Below are positions 1 through 10,251 of a stretch of DNA of 64,000 nucleotides, in pieces. The DNA is taken from positions 62,001 to 126,000 of IMG/VR virus record IMGVR_UViG_3300005537_000001. One strand, given 5' to 3'. The position numbers and the translations under genes were made by a program. Every line of letters starts with the position of its first letter. The stretch's first letter is position 1. Under the pieces are notes generated by a model. That model searched no databases, had not been told where the DNA came from, and was given only the letters and a program-made list of their open reading frames with translations.

Positions 1-141
1 CGGTGAGCTCTGGATTCGACAGAATGACGATGGTACATTCTCGTACGACACCGAGTGCATGGGGGCAAAATCAGTCCGCAAGTTTCTTCACGCGCTGGCT
101 GACAAGATTGCAGATGATCTCGTAAAGCAGGGTGCGTTCAA

Positions 142-522
142 GTGAAGCTTAACCACGAATACGCACCAGCTGGACATGGTTGCACCTGTCCTTGTCACGG
201 TGGTGCTCAGCTGTTTGAATACTTGCCGTGCTGCAAGTATGAAGGCATGCTTAATTCACCAACCGAAGATAAAGTAAAACTGTCAGATGATGACTGGCAG
301 AATAACGTTAAAAATTCTGCAGACTTTCTTAGCGGTCTTATCCCACTGGTGAGGAAAATGAATCCTCAACGAATTGCCGAAGATATCTGCGACGTTCAGC
401 CAATGCCGAATGATCTCATGAAGCGCACGATGGAAGCTGCTAAGGATGAGAAATGGCTAATCGAAAATGGATATGAGCCAGTCTCTCACCACCGCCTCAT
501 GTGGACTAAGAAACATGATTAG
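142..522 (+). CDS. hypothetical protein, Cys-rich N-terminus
   Basis: ORF track; coupled to neighbours. Confidence 0.6.
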   Translation: MKLNHEYAPAGHGCTCPCHGGAQLFEYLPCCKYEGMLNSPTEDKVKLSDDDWQNNVKNSADFLSGLIPLVRKMNPQRIAEDICDVQPMPNDLMKRTMEAAKDEKWLIENGYEPVSHHRLMWTKKHD

Positions 523-760
523 CTTTGACATCACGGACAAGTCTGTCACGTTCGACCGCGATCACTACTGCAAGCATCGTGAAATTTATGAGCGGTGCAC
601 TCAAGATTTCGGTAGCTCAATCGATTTAAACCCGCGGTGGAAGTGGCAGCAAATTTTTGGCTATACGACTATCTGGTTTAATAGCTTAGAAGATTATCGA
701 GCATTCAGTAAGTGGGTTAGGAAAAACAGAAAATCACTCGTTTACAATGAAGCCATTTAA
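515..760 (+). CDS. hypothetical protein
   Basis: ATG at 515 overlaps upstream stop. Confidence 0.6.
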   Translation: MISFDITDKSVTFDRDHYCKHREIYERCTQDFGSSIDLNPRWKWQQIFGYTTIWFNSLEDYRAFSKWVRKNRKSLVYNEAI

Positions 761-856
761 CATCTGGGAAAGAATTCTCTGGGGATTAATCCTCACCGTA
801 GGAATCCCACTAAATTGGGTTGTGAGAAATATCAGGAAATTTTTCAAGGCGAAAGC

Positions 857-1180
857 ATGAAGTTTACGATACAAGATCTCAAAAATGCCGTCGAAGGTGA
901 GCTAGGTGAAGCTACCTACGATACATCTATGTGGTTGGTAAATGCATCCGCGCATGTAGAATTCCCCATGACAGAAAAGGAAATCATTGAGGTTGGACGG
1001 AAGCTGGGAGCTTCCGGGGCGCTGACCATGTGGGATAACAGGTGTCTAGAAGAAAAAACAACTTATCATGAGCCAGAAAATGTTGTCTTTTTCATGGGCC
1101 CGAAGGAATATTTGTGGTGGGCGCGGGAGAGACTTGAGCATGGTGGCATCGTTAGTGTTGTTCCGCTAGATGGCGTTTAA
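857..1180 (+). CDS. hypothetical protein
   Basis: ORF track, ATG 857 preferred. Confidence 0.6.
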   Translation: MKFTIQDLKNAVEGELGEATYDTSMWLVNASAHVEFPMTEKEIIEVGRKLGASGALTMWDNRCLEEKTTYHEPENVVFFMGPKEYLWWARERLEHGGIVSVVPLDGV

Positions 1181-1643
1181 ACTCGACATTTTTGAACTTT
1201 TGGGAAAGCTGAACAGCCCTCACAGCGGGGATATCTATTCAAAGCTTACCGAGGAAGAGAAGAAAGGGTTCGCGCCGCTTGTCGTAATGCGCTGGTTGTC
1301 TGGAACATCCGACAAGCGGCAAATAATGATGCTCAACGAATTTGTCAACCCATACATCTTCGCCTTGGGCAAGCACCCCCACCTGCTGATGCAGCTCCTA
1401 CAGGTTGCTTCGTCCAAGACGGGTGGTCGAAACAACTGGTTGGGCATCAAGAGCAAGAAGAAAAATGTGGAGGCGCTGAAGGTAGTTGGGGAATATTTCG
1501 AGATGTCCGAGCGTGAAGCTAGAACGCTAAACCCATTCCCGTCAGATCAAGAAATCTTCGAGATGGCTGAAGAGCTTGGATGGCAAAAAGACGAGCTTAC
1601 CAAGCTCAAGAAGGAGTTGAAAGATGCAAATACTGCAGCATGA
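1170..1643 (+). CDS. possible clamp-loader small subunit (gp62-like)
   Basis: size and FAPLVVMRWLS...LNEFVN segment recall T4-like gp62 proteins; from memory, unverified. Confidence 0.4.
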   Translation: MAFKLDIFELLGKLNSPHSGDIYSKLTEEEKKGFAPLVVMRWLSGTSDKRQIMMLNEFVNPYIFALGKHPHLLMQLLQVASSKTGGRNNWLGIKSKKKNVEALKVVGEYFEMSEREARTLNPFPSDQEIFEMAEELGWQKDELTKLKKELKDANTAA

Positions 1644-1911
1644 TTATACCGGTATTCGGGAAGTTGCAAAATATGAGCATGTCATTGTTAGAAAATGTCT
1701 TGGCGTGCTCATTACGCGGCGCGGGGAAAATGATCCGCATGTAGTTCTACAGCCCATCATCGAGGATGACAAAACTTGGCATACACCATCCGGTGGTTTC
1801 AGCAGTTTCTGGCTGCCAGAGTATATTGATGTGCTGAATGAAGCGCGAACGTGGATTCAAATGAACTGTGATTCAGATCCATCCGGATATGGTTGGAAAT
1901 TTAGGAGCTAA
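1624..1911 (+). CDS. hypothetical protein
   Basis: ORF track. Confidence 0.55.
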   Translation: MQILQHDYTGIREVAKYEHVIVRKCLGVLITRRGENDPHVVLQPIIEDDKTWHTPSGGFSSFWLPEYIDVLNEARTWIQMNCDSDPSGYGWKFRS

Positions 1912-1912
1912 C

Positions 1913-2239
1913 ATGGGCATATCTTTGTTTGGTGGAAGTAGATGTTCGAGCAGTCCGTATGCCGTAGCCAATTCCAACCCGCGACCGGAAAATTTCAAGA
2001 TTGTCAAGGAGAAGTATCTCAATGGATATCTCATCCTCATCGTTAAGTATCCGGATTGCAGCAATTATGAAGGAAAGAAGCTGCTGGTCTATGAGGGTTT
2101 CAAAACCAGCTTAGCGCTTCTCAAGTACAACAAGGGACGCTTGGACCCGCACTTCTCACGAGATAAGGGTTCACCCATCGCAAGATTTAAACCAACTCCA
2201 GAATCAATGGATTTGGTTTCACGCATGATAGGAGTTTAA
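1913..2239 (+). CDS. hypothetical protein
   Basis: AGGAG RBS before ATG 1913. Confidence 0.65.
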   Translation: MGISLFGGSRCSSSPYAVANSNPRPENFKIVKEKYLNGYLILIVKYPDCSNYEGKKLLVYEGFKTSLALLKYNKGRLDPHFSRDKGSPIARFKPTPESMDLVSRMIGV

Positions 2240-2241
2240 CA

Positions 2242-2430
2242 ATGTGGAAAACCGCGCTCAAGGCAATTGGCTATGCAGTTGGAGGATTCGTCGGCATCAA
2301 CGTCGCCGCGATGCTAATCATGTATTTCATGGAATGGCTGATCTTTAAACCATTTTCGGTTACGATTGGATTTATTCTAATCATTTCAGCCATCGTATTC
2401 TTCTTCATGAATAAGAAAAATGCCTCGTAA
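2242..2430 (+). CDS. small two-TM membrane protein
   Basis: two hydrophobic stretches. Confidence 0.65.
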   Translation: MWKTALKAIGYAVGGFVGINVAAMLIMYFMEWLIFKPFSVTIGFILIISAIVFFFMNKKNAS

Positions 2431-3028
2431 CATCAGCAGCGTGCGAAATGAGCGAAACCGCACCGAGCGCAAGGCGCGATACATTCGCCTCAAGAACAAG
2501 ATGAGGAAATATCCAGATAGCTCGTTTGGTGGAGAGTTCTACTGCGATCAGCTGCTTGGAGCGTATGGCCCATCGCTTGGTGCTGACTTTAGCTTCTTTC
2601 ACACCCAGAAGAAGCGCTATTACGCTTGTTGTCTGCAGACGCTAGAATGCAAGGTGTATACCGATTTTGAAGATTATGCCCATGAACAGGCATCTCAGAT
2701 ATTTCCATATCCATCAAGCTATTTTGACGAATCCTTTAACTACATACCTGATGCGCATCACGTTGAACGCCAAAAGCTGCACAACAAGCTGATGGATGAT
2801 TTTATCGTTCCGGTAAAATCAGCACCAAGCATTCACGTGAAGAATTACGGACCTGTCGCGGTAGGGCTTTGGGCAACGGTAAATAAAGAGTACGTAGACG
2901 AACATGGCATTAGAGAATTCATTGCTTTCTTTCGATCTCTCGGAGAACCAATTAAAGCAGGATGGTCTTGGTATGGTGAAGAAATCGAAGTTGACCCGCG
3001 GCGGATCCACCGAGCTAAAGCTGCTTAA
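2420..3028 (+). CDS. hypothetical protein
   Basis: 202-aa ORF. Confidence 0.65.
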   Translation: MPRNISSVRNERNRTERKARYIRLKNKMRKYPDSSFGGEFYCDQLLGAYGPSLGADFSFFHTQKKRYYACCLQTLECKVYTDFEDYAHEQASQIFPYPSSYFDESFNYIPDAHHVERQKLHNKLMDDFIVPVKSAPSIHVKNYGPVAVGLWATVNKEYVDEHGIREFIAFFRSLGEPIKAGWSWYGEEIEVDPRRIHRAKAA

Positions 3029-3761
3029 CGCTGAACAAATTGCCGCGCGCCGCATTCCGCTAGAAGATGCGGAAATTAAAACATCAAGCCATAGTAAGTG
3101 GCACTGCGCGTTTTGCGATAAACGCTTTGCCGCTGAAGGCAACTTCATGAAGCATCATTGCGAGGAGAAGCGAAGGCTTGAGCAGCTTAAATCTCCGCTT
3201 GGTCAAGCCGCTCTCGGGTATTATCGAGATTGGATGAAGCTGAAAAAGTTCAGCCAACCAAGCGCCGAAGCCTTCATGGAGTCTAGGTACTACCGTCCGT
3301 TCATTACGTTCGCGCAGCTTGTCATCGACGCAAACATCTCACGACCGGATCGCTACGCGGAGCTTATGGTTGAGGGAGATATTTCTCCAACGCTGTGGTG
3401 TCGAGGCCAGTGCTACGCGATGTACCTTGAGTGGACTGATAAGCTGACCGATCCTCTAGATCAAGTGCAAGAATCAATCAACTATCTTCTCGATCTGTGC
3501 GAGAAGGAGGGCGTCGAACTACCAAAAATATTTGAGCATCTCGGAGCGCAGCGAGTTTTATCACTCGTCAGGCAGCGCCGGCTAACACCATGGCTGCTCT
3601 TCTGCTCACCAAAATTTGGTAAATTTCTCAAGCTGCTAGATCAATCGCAGCTTAAGGTGTTTGACGGCGTTGTTAGCTCCTCCTATTGGGGCAACCGGTT
3701 TCAGACAGAAAAAGCAACCATCAACAACATCAAGATGATCGTAGCTGAGGTTGGGCTATGA
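2904..3761 (+). CDS. C2H2-type zinc-finger protein (true start probably near 3020)
   Basis: CAFCDKRF...FMKHHC motif. Confidence 0.6.
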   Translation: MALENSLLSFDLSENQLKQDGLGMVKKSKLTRGGSTELKLLNAEQIAARRIPLEDAEIKTSSHSKWHCAFCDKRFAAEGNFMKHHCEEKRRLEQLKSPLGQAALGYYRDWMKLKKFSQPSAEAFMESRYYRPFITFAQLVIDANISRPDRYAELMVEGDISPTLWCRGQCYAMYLEWTDKLTDPLDQVQESINYLLDLCEKEGVELPKIFEHLGAQRVLSLVRQRRLTPWLLFCSPKFGKFLKLLDQSQLKVFDGVVSSSYWGNRFQTEKATINNIKMIVAEVGL

Positions 3762-3940
3762 TCGTTTGCATCTGCAACAACGTTAGCGATCGCAAGATAA
3801 AAAATGCCGTGATAAAGCATGAAGACGTGCACGGCATCAAGGATCTGCAGAAGTACATGAAGATTTGTGATTCATGCGCGGGTTGCACGCTGTACCTGGA
3901 AAAGATCATACAGCAGATTGATGGCGCGAGGTTGAAATGA
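3758..3940 (+). CDS. bfd: Bfd-like [2Fe-2S] ferredoxin
   Basis: MIVCICNNVSD...CDSCAGC matches Bfd pattern. Confidence 0.85.
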   Translation: MIVCICNNVSDRKIKNAVIKHEDVHGIKDLQKYMKICDSCAGCTLYLEKIIQQIDGARLK

Positions 3941-4091
3941 TCGATATAACCTGGAACAGGGATGAGCGCTCGATAGAGTACTATCGCGATAAGAACCACG
4001 TCATCGTGATAGGATTATTCGAGCAAGGTGCTCTCTTCAACTGGGCCATCAGGTGGAACGGAAAATCGCATTCTGGCAGGTTTCCAAAAAA

Positions 4092-4670
4092 ATGAAGCTA
4101 CCAGATATCGACATCGATTTACAGACATCCTTCGACCCGAAGGATTTGTTTCCATGGACGCGCGCGTCTCTCGTGAAGAACGAAGAGCTAGTGCAGCATC
4201 CGTGTGGCGTCTATCCACAGGCGATACCAGAAGATAAACTAACCGGCCTATCGGCGATTCCCTACAAGGAAGCTGAGCAAGTTGGTTATCTCAAGATTGA
4301 TTTTCTCCACCTCAACATCTACGACAATTTCAAGTCTCGTTCAGAAATTGATGAACTGCTAAAGGTAGAACCGGATTGGGGGCTGCTGACCATCCCATCG
4401 GAACAGGTGAAGCTGTTCCAGCTGTCCAAGCATGGTGATGTTCTCACGGCGGTTAAACCGAGGTCGATAGAAGACCTAGCTGACGTTCTCGCTCTCATTA
4501 GACCCGGCAAGAAACAGCTTGTCAAGCTCTACAACACCCAAAAGGAAGCCACCCGTCGCATCCTCTATGCCAAGGGAGAAGATGGTTACCAATTCAAGCG
4601 CTCTCATAGTGTGGCTTATGCGATGGTAATAGTTCTCCAGCTCCACCTCATCTCCGCGGGAATAATATGA
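4092..4670 (+). CDS. miniature DNA polymerase III alpha (DnaE)-like protein
   Basis: PDIDID, HPCGV, KIDFLHL, RPG, FKRSHSVAYA motifs in DnaE order. Confidence 0.8.
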   Translation: MKLPDIDIDLQTSFDPKDLFPWTRASLVKNEELVQHPCGVYPQAIPEDKLTGLSAIPYKEAEQVGYLKIDFLHLNIYDNFKSRSEIDELLKVEPDWGLLTIPSEQVKLFQLSKHGDVLTAVKPRSIEDLADVLALIRPGKKQLVKLYNTQKEATRRILYAKGEDGYQFKRSHSVAYAMVIVLQLHLISAGII

Positions 4671-4730
4671 GATCAACCCAAAGTATCTCCGGTGTTACAT
4701 TATCGTCACCTGTGACTATAACGTAATACA

Positions 4731-4760
4731 GTGTACGTCAGGTTGACATCAGGGTATAAT
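4731..4760 (+). promoter_or_regulatory. sigma70-like early promoter
   Basis: GTGTACGTCAGG...TATAAT, same pattern as other intergenic promoters. Confidence 0.55.
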
Positions 4761-5319
4761 GACTCCTACATCAATAGGAGATTTCACCATGCTGCTCGAA
4801 GGCAAGAATCTTTTCCCCCTGACATACATTGAGGCCCGGCTTATCGGGTATTTCATGGATTCGTTCCACTACATCTATTCCAACCGCACTCGAAAGGGAC
4901 AGCTGACGAAGCTTCGTGGATCTTTAACTTCCTCTGGCCAATACTACACCTTGGCCGGCGTCGCCTACCGTGCTGATGCGCTGGCGGGCGACGCGAGAAA
5001 ACATCCGGCCTGGGCTAAAGAAACGTCGCCAAACATCTTGGATCAAATTCGATCTAGTGACTCGCGGTTGAGCGCGCAGGACAGCACCTTAGATCGCAAC
5101 TATGCCGTTTCTATGGATTTGGCCATCAAGGGTCGGGCTGTCATCATTGCCACCGTCCAAGGCGATAAGCTTATCTTCGGTACCAATCCAAGAATGCACA
5201 TCGGCGAAAAATCCTGGAAGTCAGAAATGGAGCGGCTTGCTAAACTTAATTCGGGAACAAAATTCGTTGCCCTGCAGTTGGTTTCGTCTGTAATCTCTGG
5301 TGGAATTCGCTGGGAGTAA
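4759..5319 (+). CDS. hypothetical protein (start likely 4789)
   Basis: AGGAGA RBS before ATG. Confidence 0.65.
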   Translation: MTPTSIGDFTMLLEGKNLFPLTYIEARLIGYFMDSFHYIYSNRTRKGQLTKLRGSLTSSGQYYTLAGVAYRADALAGDARKHPAWAKETSPNILDQIRSSDSRLSAQDSTLDRNYAVSMDLAIKGRAVIIATVQGDKLIFGTNPRMHIGEKSWKSEMERLAKLNSGTKFVALQLVSSVISGGIRWE

Positions 5320-5321
5320 TC

Positions 5322-5606
5322 ATGGGCTGCTACATAAATTCTCGGCACTTAACGAAGGAAGCTTGGCTCAAGCAGAACGCGGTTATGACGGCCGGGCCGA
5401 CACCTATTTCTGAAACAATGATCCCAATCTGTCTTGTCGACAATGGGCCGTTCACCGCCGCCGCGGTATGCTTCAACGATGGTGAGCTTCAAGCGTTCCA
5501 GCGTCCCGACGGTAGACCGAAAATCTGGTTTACCGCTCCTCGCGAGCTTGTTCGCCAGGTGTCGGATCTTGAAAATTGGGAAAAGGAACGCGGACGAATC
5601 CGATGA
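5322..5606 (+). CDS. hypothetical protein
   Basis: GGGAG RBS. Confidence 0.6.
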   Translation: MGCYINSRHLTKEAWLKQNAVMTAGPTPISETMIPICLVDNGPFTAAAVCFNDGELQAFQRPDGRPKIWFTAPRELVRQVSDLENWEKERGRIR

Positions 5607-5869
5607 TCTACGTCGACGAACCAATCTACGCTCGCGCGGGAGTAAAGAAACCACGCACGCTGTACGCGCACATGGTTGCCGACACGTTTTCAGAGCTGCA
5701 TGAATTTGCAGCTAAGATTGGGGTTCGTAGGCACTTCTTCCACAAATCCAAGGCAGCGCATCACTACGATATCAACGGCACGCAATGGTACAAAGCAATC
5801 ATCGCCGGCGCCAAGCAAGTTTCGTCGAAAGAAATCGTTAAAATCGGAAAAAAGTTAACAGGAGAATGA
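5603..5869 (+). CDS. DUF4031-family protein
   Basis: IYVD...HMVADT..ELHEFA..IG...HYDI pattern. Confidence 0.8.
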   Translation: MIYVDEPIYARAGVKKPRTLYAHMVADTFSELHEFAAKIGVRRHFFHKSKAAHHYDINGTQWYKAIIAGAKQVSSKEIVKIGKKLTGE

Positions 5870-5870
5870 C

Positions 5871-6725
5871 ATGATTGGATTTTTATTGGGCATCCCATTT
5901 CTTTGGTGGATGGTGATATTAGCGACGCTGTTCATCATTGACGTGGCCTGCTTTACGTATGAAGCTTATGGTTGGTCTCTATCGATTATGGCTCTATCGA
6001 TCGCTGGTGCGATCTACCTCGATCACCACACCGCGGCTCCATGGCTAGCGACAAACCTGCATGGCATTCTGCTCTACTACATTCCTGGATATCTTGCTCT
6101 TGGACTCGGCACCGCCTTAATTAAGTGGGTGCTTTACGCGGCGAAGCGTGTCGGTTGGATCAAGGAAGCAAAGCATCAGTTTGATGAGAAGGAATTCAAG
6201 CCGGAAAAACCCGATTTCTCCGACAAGGCAAAGCTTAAAACTCAAGATGAGATGCATGCTGAGCTTATCAGAATTAATCGATTTGATCACGGACAGCTTA
6301 CTGACGCGCAAGCTGGAAATCGCGCCGATACGATGGGAAAGTTTAACGCTAGGGCAGCGGAGCTCGAAGCTGGGTATGATGCAGCTTGGACTGCTACAAT
6401 TCCAGCCCTAAAGCGCAAGGCCTTCATCGACTTCTACCAGCATGGAATGAGCGTTGGGATGTTCGGTGCGCCCTCCAACTCAAAGCATAAAATCTATGAC
6501 GTCAATCACGCCAAGGAAACTTCGGTCATTGACGCCCTGGCACCGCGCGCCAAGGACAACATCGGAAAGATCACCATCTGGATCTTCCAGTGGCCGGTAG
6601 TTATCGTCTCCTCGCTGATCGAAGACTTAATCATCAAGCTTGCCAAGCACTTCGCGACGGCGCTTGATGCGATGTTCTCAAGGGTCGTTCGTGGCATGGT
6701 CGCGAAAGTTACCAAGGGTCTGTAA
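5871..6725 (+). CDS. membrane protein
   Basis: several TM segments; AGGAG RBS. Confidence 0.75.
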   Translation: MIGFLLGIPFLWWMVILATLFIIDVACFTYEAYGWSLSIMALSIAGAIYLDHHTAAPWLATNLHGILLYYIPGYLALGLGTALIKWVLYAAKRVGWIKEAKHQFDEKEFKPEKPDFSDKAKLKTQDEMHAELIRINRFDHGQLTDAQAGNRADTMGKFNARAAELEAGYDAAWTATIPALKRKAFIDFYQHGMSVGMFGAPSNSKHKIYDVNHAKETSVIDALAPRAKDNIGKITIWIFQWPVVIVSSLIEDLIIKLAKHFATALDAMFSRVVRGMVAKVTKGL

Positions 6726-6822
6726 TGAAATCCTACTTCATAGGCGGTGGCGTTATGATGGTACTTTGGATTGCGCATGACTGGAGTTGTGGGCGGTTTA
6801 AGGGTTGGTTTAAGAGGAATAC

Positions 6823-7947
6823 ATGAAAACGTATCTCGTAGGTGGAGCTGTTCGCGACCAGCTGATGGGTAAAGATGTTAGCGACCTCGATTGGGTAGTG
6901 GTTGGAGCTACCCACGATGAAATGATCGTCAGCGGATACGAGCGCGTTGGTGCTGATTTTCCCGTCTACCTTCACCCCGAAACTAAGGATGAGTATGCTC
7001 TGGCTCGCACGGAGCGAAAGAGCGGTAAGGGATATCTCGGCTTTGAGGTTAAATTCGGTACGGATGTTACCATCGAACAGGATTTGGAACGTCGCGATCT
7101 CACCATCAATTCAATCGCCATGGAGCGAGGTAGCGAGGGTTGGTATTTCACCGACCCATTCAACGGTCGCGCTGACATTCAGAATAAGGTGCTGCGCCAT
7201 ACGAGTCCAGCATTTTCTGAAGATCCGCTGCGCGTTATTCGTCTCGCGCGCTTTTACGCGCGCTTTGAGGATTTTACGATAGCTCCGGAAACAGTAGAGC
7301 TTGCATCTAAGCTTGTTGATTCAGGTGAGCTCGAGCACCTATCACGTGAGCGCTTTTGGGCTGAAATGGAAAAGACGCTCGATCAGACGGCGCGGCTTGA
7401 TAGATTCTTTAGCGCGCTTGATATCTTTGGAGTTATGGATAAGGTATCGTTCTTCAAGGACGTGTTTGGCACTCCATGGTGTCAGCGCCAAACATTCTTG
7501 ATTCCAGCTATCGCGGCAAACCTTGATAATTTCTACATCCCGCTGACTTTACAGCTTGATGCGTTCGTGGCTCTTATCGCAAGCGACAATGCCGAGCAAA
7601 AATCGCAAGTAATTCCGCTAAAGGCGAAAAAGCTTACAAGCGCCATTCGAGCAATTCGAAGTGGAGTAGCTGGACGATCCCTTGCCGAAAATATTTTAGG
7701 ATTCTTGAAAAGTCAACGGGCATTTACCGCTGGTAGCGGCATGGATGATATCATCAACACTATGCGACTTGGTGAACATGTTGGAATTGACTTTCCGATT
7801 AGCTCTTTACAGCTTAGTCGCGCGTTCCACTACGCGTCAGCTATTACTGGTGTCAACTATCAGCACCTGAGCGGACCAGCTGTTGGTAGAGCCATCGACG
7901 CTGATCGACTTGAAGCTATTGACGTGTCGCTTCGCGATCAATCATGA
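6823..7947 (+). CDS. cca: class II tRNA nucleotidyltransferase (CCA-adding enzyme)
   Basis: VGGAVRD, DLD, ARTERK, RRDLTIN, EDPLRV.R.ARF. Confidence 0.92.
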   Translation: MKTYLVGGAVRDQLMGKDVSDLDWVVVGATHDEMIVSGYERVGADFPVYLHPETKDEYALARTERKSGKGYLGFEVKFGTDVTIEQDLERRDLTINSIAMERGSEGWYFTDPFNGRADIQNKVLRHTSPAFSEDPLRVIRLARFYARFEDFTIAPETVELASKLVDSGELEHLSRERFWAEMEKTLDQTARLDRFFSALDIFGVMDKVSFFKDVFGTPWCQRQTFLIPAIAANLDNFYIPLTLQLDAFVALIASDNAEQKSQVIPLKAKKLTSAIRAIRSGVAGRSLAENILGFLKSQRAFTAGSGMDDIINTMRLGEHVGIDFPISSLQLSRAFHYASAITGVNYQHLSGPAVGRAIDADRLEAIDVSLRDQS

Positions 7948-8231
7948 ACCTACCGACATCAAACACTGGAAGATTTTTCTTCTACTTTTCCGTCCAATTT
8001 TTGGTCTATGGACTAGTTGTTGCAAACGGCAGAGCGTATGTTCAGGGACTATACGCGTGGACGGCGGTAACCGACGCGCTAATAGCGGCGGTTAATTTTC
8101 TGGTTGTTAGGAAGATGGCAAAAGAGTCGCAAGATGACCTTCATGGTCCATCATTTATCGGCTACGTTTTGGGTGGAACAATGGGATCATTGTTCTCAAT
8201 CTGGATCACCAAGATGGTTTACGGGCAATGA
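7944..8231 (+). CDS. small membrane protein
   Basis: three hydrophobic helices. Confidence 0.65.
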   Translation: MNLPTSNTGRFFFYFSVQFLVYGLVVANGRAYVQGLYAWTAVTDALIAAVNFLVVRKMAKESQDDLHGPSFIGYVLGGTMGSLFSIWITKMVYGQ

Positions 8232-8341
8232 AGTGGCTGAAGCGACTTTGGAATAAAATAAAGCCGAAGCGGTGGATGTGCCCAACATGTCTAGGTTATG
8301 GGTGCTACGAGTGTGATTACCGAGGTGACATAGACACATGA
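8228..8341 (+). CDS. 37-aa Cys-rich mini-protein (CPTCLGYG-CYEC)
   Basis: ATGA overlaps at both ends; not in ORF track. Confidence 0.55.
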   Translation: MKWLKRLWNKIKPKRWMCPTCLGYGCYECDYRGDIDT

Positions 8342-9423
8342 AAGCCAAGAAAGAAACAACCCTTTTCACCGTGTTGACTGGATCACATCTCTACGGTAAC
8401 GCGAGCGAAACATCGGATTTTGACTACAAGGCCGTCTGCGTCCCTCCTCTCGATGAACTGCTTCTCAACACCAAGATAACAAACCGCAAGGAAAAACCGG
8501 TTGGTCTCAAGCAAGGTGATAAGATGGCGGCCGGTGAAGCTGAAACCGAATATCTTCCGCTCCAAGTTTTCCTCGATGACTTCTTCAATGGTCAAACCTA
8601 CGCCCTTGAGGTAGCCTTCGCGGTGAAGCAGGGAAAGTTTGAGCTCTTCTCGCCCAATGATCGAGATACGTTAGAAGCATCTACTTCCCGCGATATCGAC
8701 ATCGATCCAGGCTATATTAGGGATATTATTTCCGATCTCATAAATCTTTATCTCACGAAAAACGTCAAGAAGATGGTTGGTTACGCGGTATCGCAGTCCA
8801 AGCTGTATGGTTTGAAGACTCAGCGCTACACTTCGTTGAACGAAGCTTTGTGCATCATCGAGGAATATTCGCACGACTTCTTGAGTCCAAATGACAACAA
8901 TGAGAAGCTTACCTTCAATGATTCGCCAATTCTTCTCGCTCGACTGCTTGCGCTACCACACATCAAGGAAATTCAAATCTTCAATGCTGATGGTGGAAGC
9001 GCGCTTGCACCAGCTCTCGAAATCTGCGGAAAGCAATATCCGTACACGAGTCGAATTTCTACCGTCGTAAAATCAATGCTGAAAACAGTTGGTGATTATG
9101 GTGCCCGCGTTAAGGAGTTCGACGGGCAGGGTGTTGATTGGAAAGCGCTATCCCATGCCATCAGGATAACTGATCAGGTTCTCGAGTTGTGCAGCACAGG
9201 TTTTCTCACATTTCCACGCCCGAACGCTCAGTTCTTATTGGATGTAAAGACCGGGAAATTGACGCTTGACGAGGCGACAGACTACCTCAATGCCGCATTT
9301 GCGAAGGTGGATGATGCGATTATCACCTCAAAATTGCAAGAACGGACGCCTGAACTAGAGAAAAAATTCAGGGAATGGAAAATTCAGGTTCTCAGGTCAA
9401 TCTACGGAGTTGACGTTGGATAA
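8338..9423 (+). CDS. Pol beta-superfamily nucleotidyltransferase (RlaP/NrdC.11-like)
   Basis: GSHLYG...SDFD motif; K...HA.R helix. Confidence 0.8.
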   Translation: MKAKKETTLFTVLTGSHLYGNASETSDFDYKAVCVPPLDELLLNTKITNRKEKPVGLKQGDKMAAGEAETEYLPLQVFLDDFFNGQTYALEVAFAVKQGKFELFSPNDRDTLEASTSRDIDIDPGYIRDIISDLINLYLTKNVKKMVGYAVSQSKLYGLKTQRYTSLNEALCIIEEYSHDFLSPNDNNEKLTFNDSPILLARLLALPHIKEIQIFNADGGSALAPALEICGKQYPYTSRISTVVKSMLKTVGDYGARVKEFDGQGVDWKALSHAIRITDQVLELCSTGFLTFPRPNAQFLLDVKTGKLTLDEATDYLNAAFAKVDDAIITSKLQERTPELEKKFREWKIQVLRSIYGVDVG

Positions 9424-9736
9424 AACCAAAAGCTTTCTTTGGATGCTGCTCGGCGCGCTCGTCGTACTAAGCTTGTCAGACTTCGTGATAACGCGCTCCA
9501 TCATTTTCCAGGTTGGCAACGGTGGTGAGGCCAATCCGCTTCTCAAGCTTGCCATCGATCGGTTTGGGGTCAACTTCATCGCTTACTTCAAGATCGCAAC
9601 TCTCGCGCTTATGGCAGGTTGCATATACTTTGGCAGACCATTTGTGTATAATCGCATTCGGATAGCTTTGATCGCGCTGAACGCTGGAGCTATCGCGATA
9701 GTTTGTTACGGATTTTTCTGCCTGTTGAGCATTTAG
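9410..9736 (+). CDS. DUF5658-like membrane protein
   Basis: D..IT...G..EANP motif with TM helices. Confidence 0.65.
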   Translation: MTLDKTKSFLWMLLGALVVLSLSDFVITRSIIFQVGNGGEANPLLKLAIDRFGVNFIAYFKIATLALMAGCIYFGRPFVYNRIRIALIALNAGAIAIVCYGFFCLLSI

Positions 9737-9743
9737 GAGAAAG

Positions 9744-10250
9744 ATGATGTCGCACGGTGAAGTCTCCACCCCTCCAAGCAAGGGTATCGTTCGGATACTT
9801 GAGCTCGCTTTATTCAACGTTCGTTGGATACTCATTCCATTTTACTTCGGTCTGGTAGCCGTTCTTTTCTATTACGGCATCGCCTACTTTCATGAGCTGA
9901 TGATGTTTCTTCGCGCCGCGTCTTTGAACATCGAGCAGGTAAAGATATTCGCGCTTGACACCATTGACATCGTCATGGTCGCAAATCTCATCAAGATGAT
10001 TATTACCGGATCCTACAATTCCTTCGTAACCAAGGGGCACGGATATACCGGTGAAAACGTTAGCAGCGGAGAGCTTAAGATAAAAATCGCCACAAGCGTG
10101 GTCGTGCTTAGCATGATTCATCTGCTCAAAACCTTCATCGGCACTGAGGAATCATGGTTGATGATTGAGAAACAGCTGATAATTTTCGGCGCGTTCGTCG
10201 TGACGGCGCTCGTTCTTGCCGTCATTGAATACATCCACAACAGGAGTTGA
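9744..10250 (+). CDS. yqhA: UPF0114/YqhA-family membrane protein
   Basis: RW.L.PFY.GL, ID...ANL..M...GSY.SFV, LK.K...S......IHLL..F. Confidence 0.8.
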   Translation: MMSHGEVSTPPSKGIVRILELALFNVRWILIPFYFGLVAVLFYYGIAYFHELMMFLRAASLNIEQVKIFALDTIDIVMVANLIKMIITGSYNSFVTKGHGYTGENVSSGELKIKIATSVVVLSMIHLLKTFIGTEESWLMIEKQLIIFGAFVVTALVLAVIEYIHNRS

Positions 10251-10251
10251 A

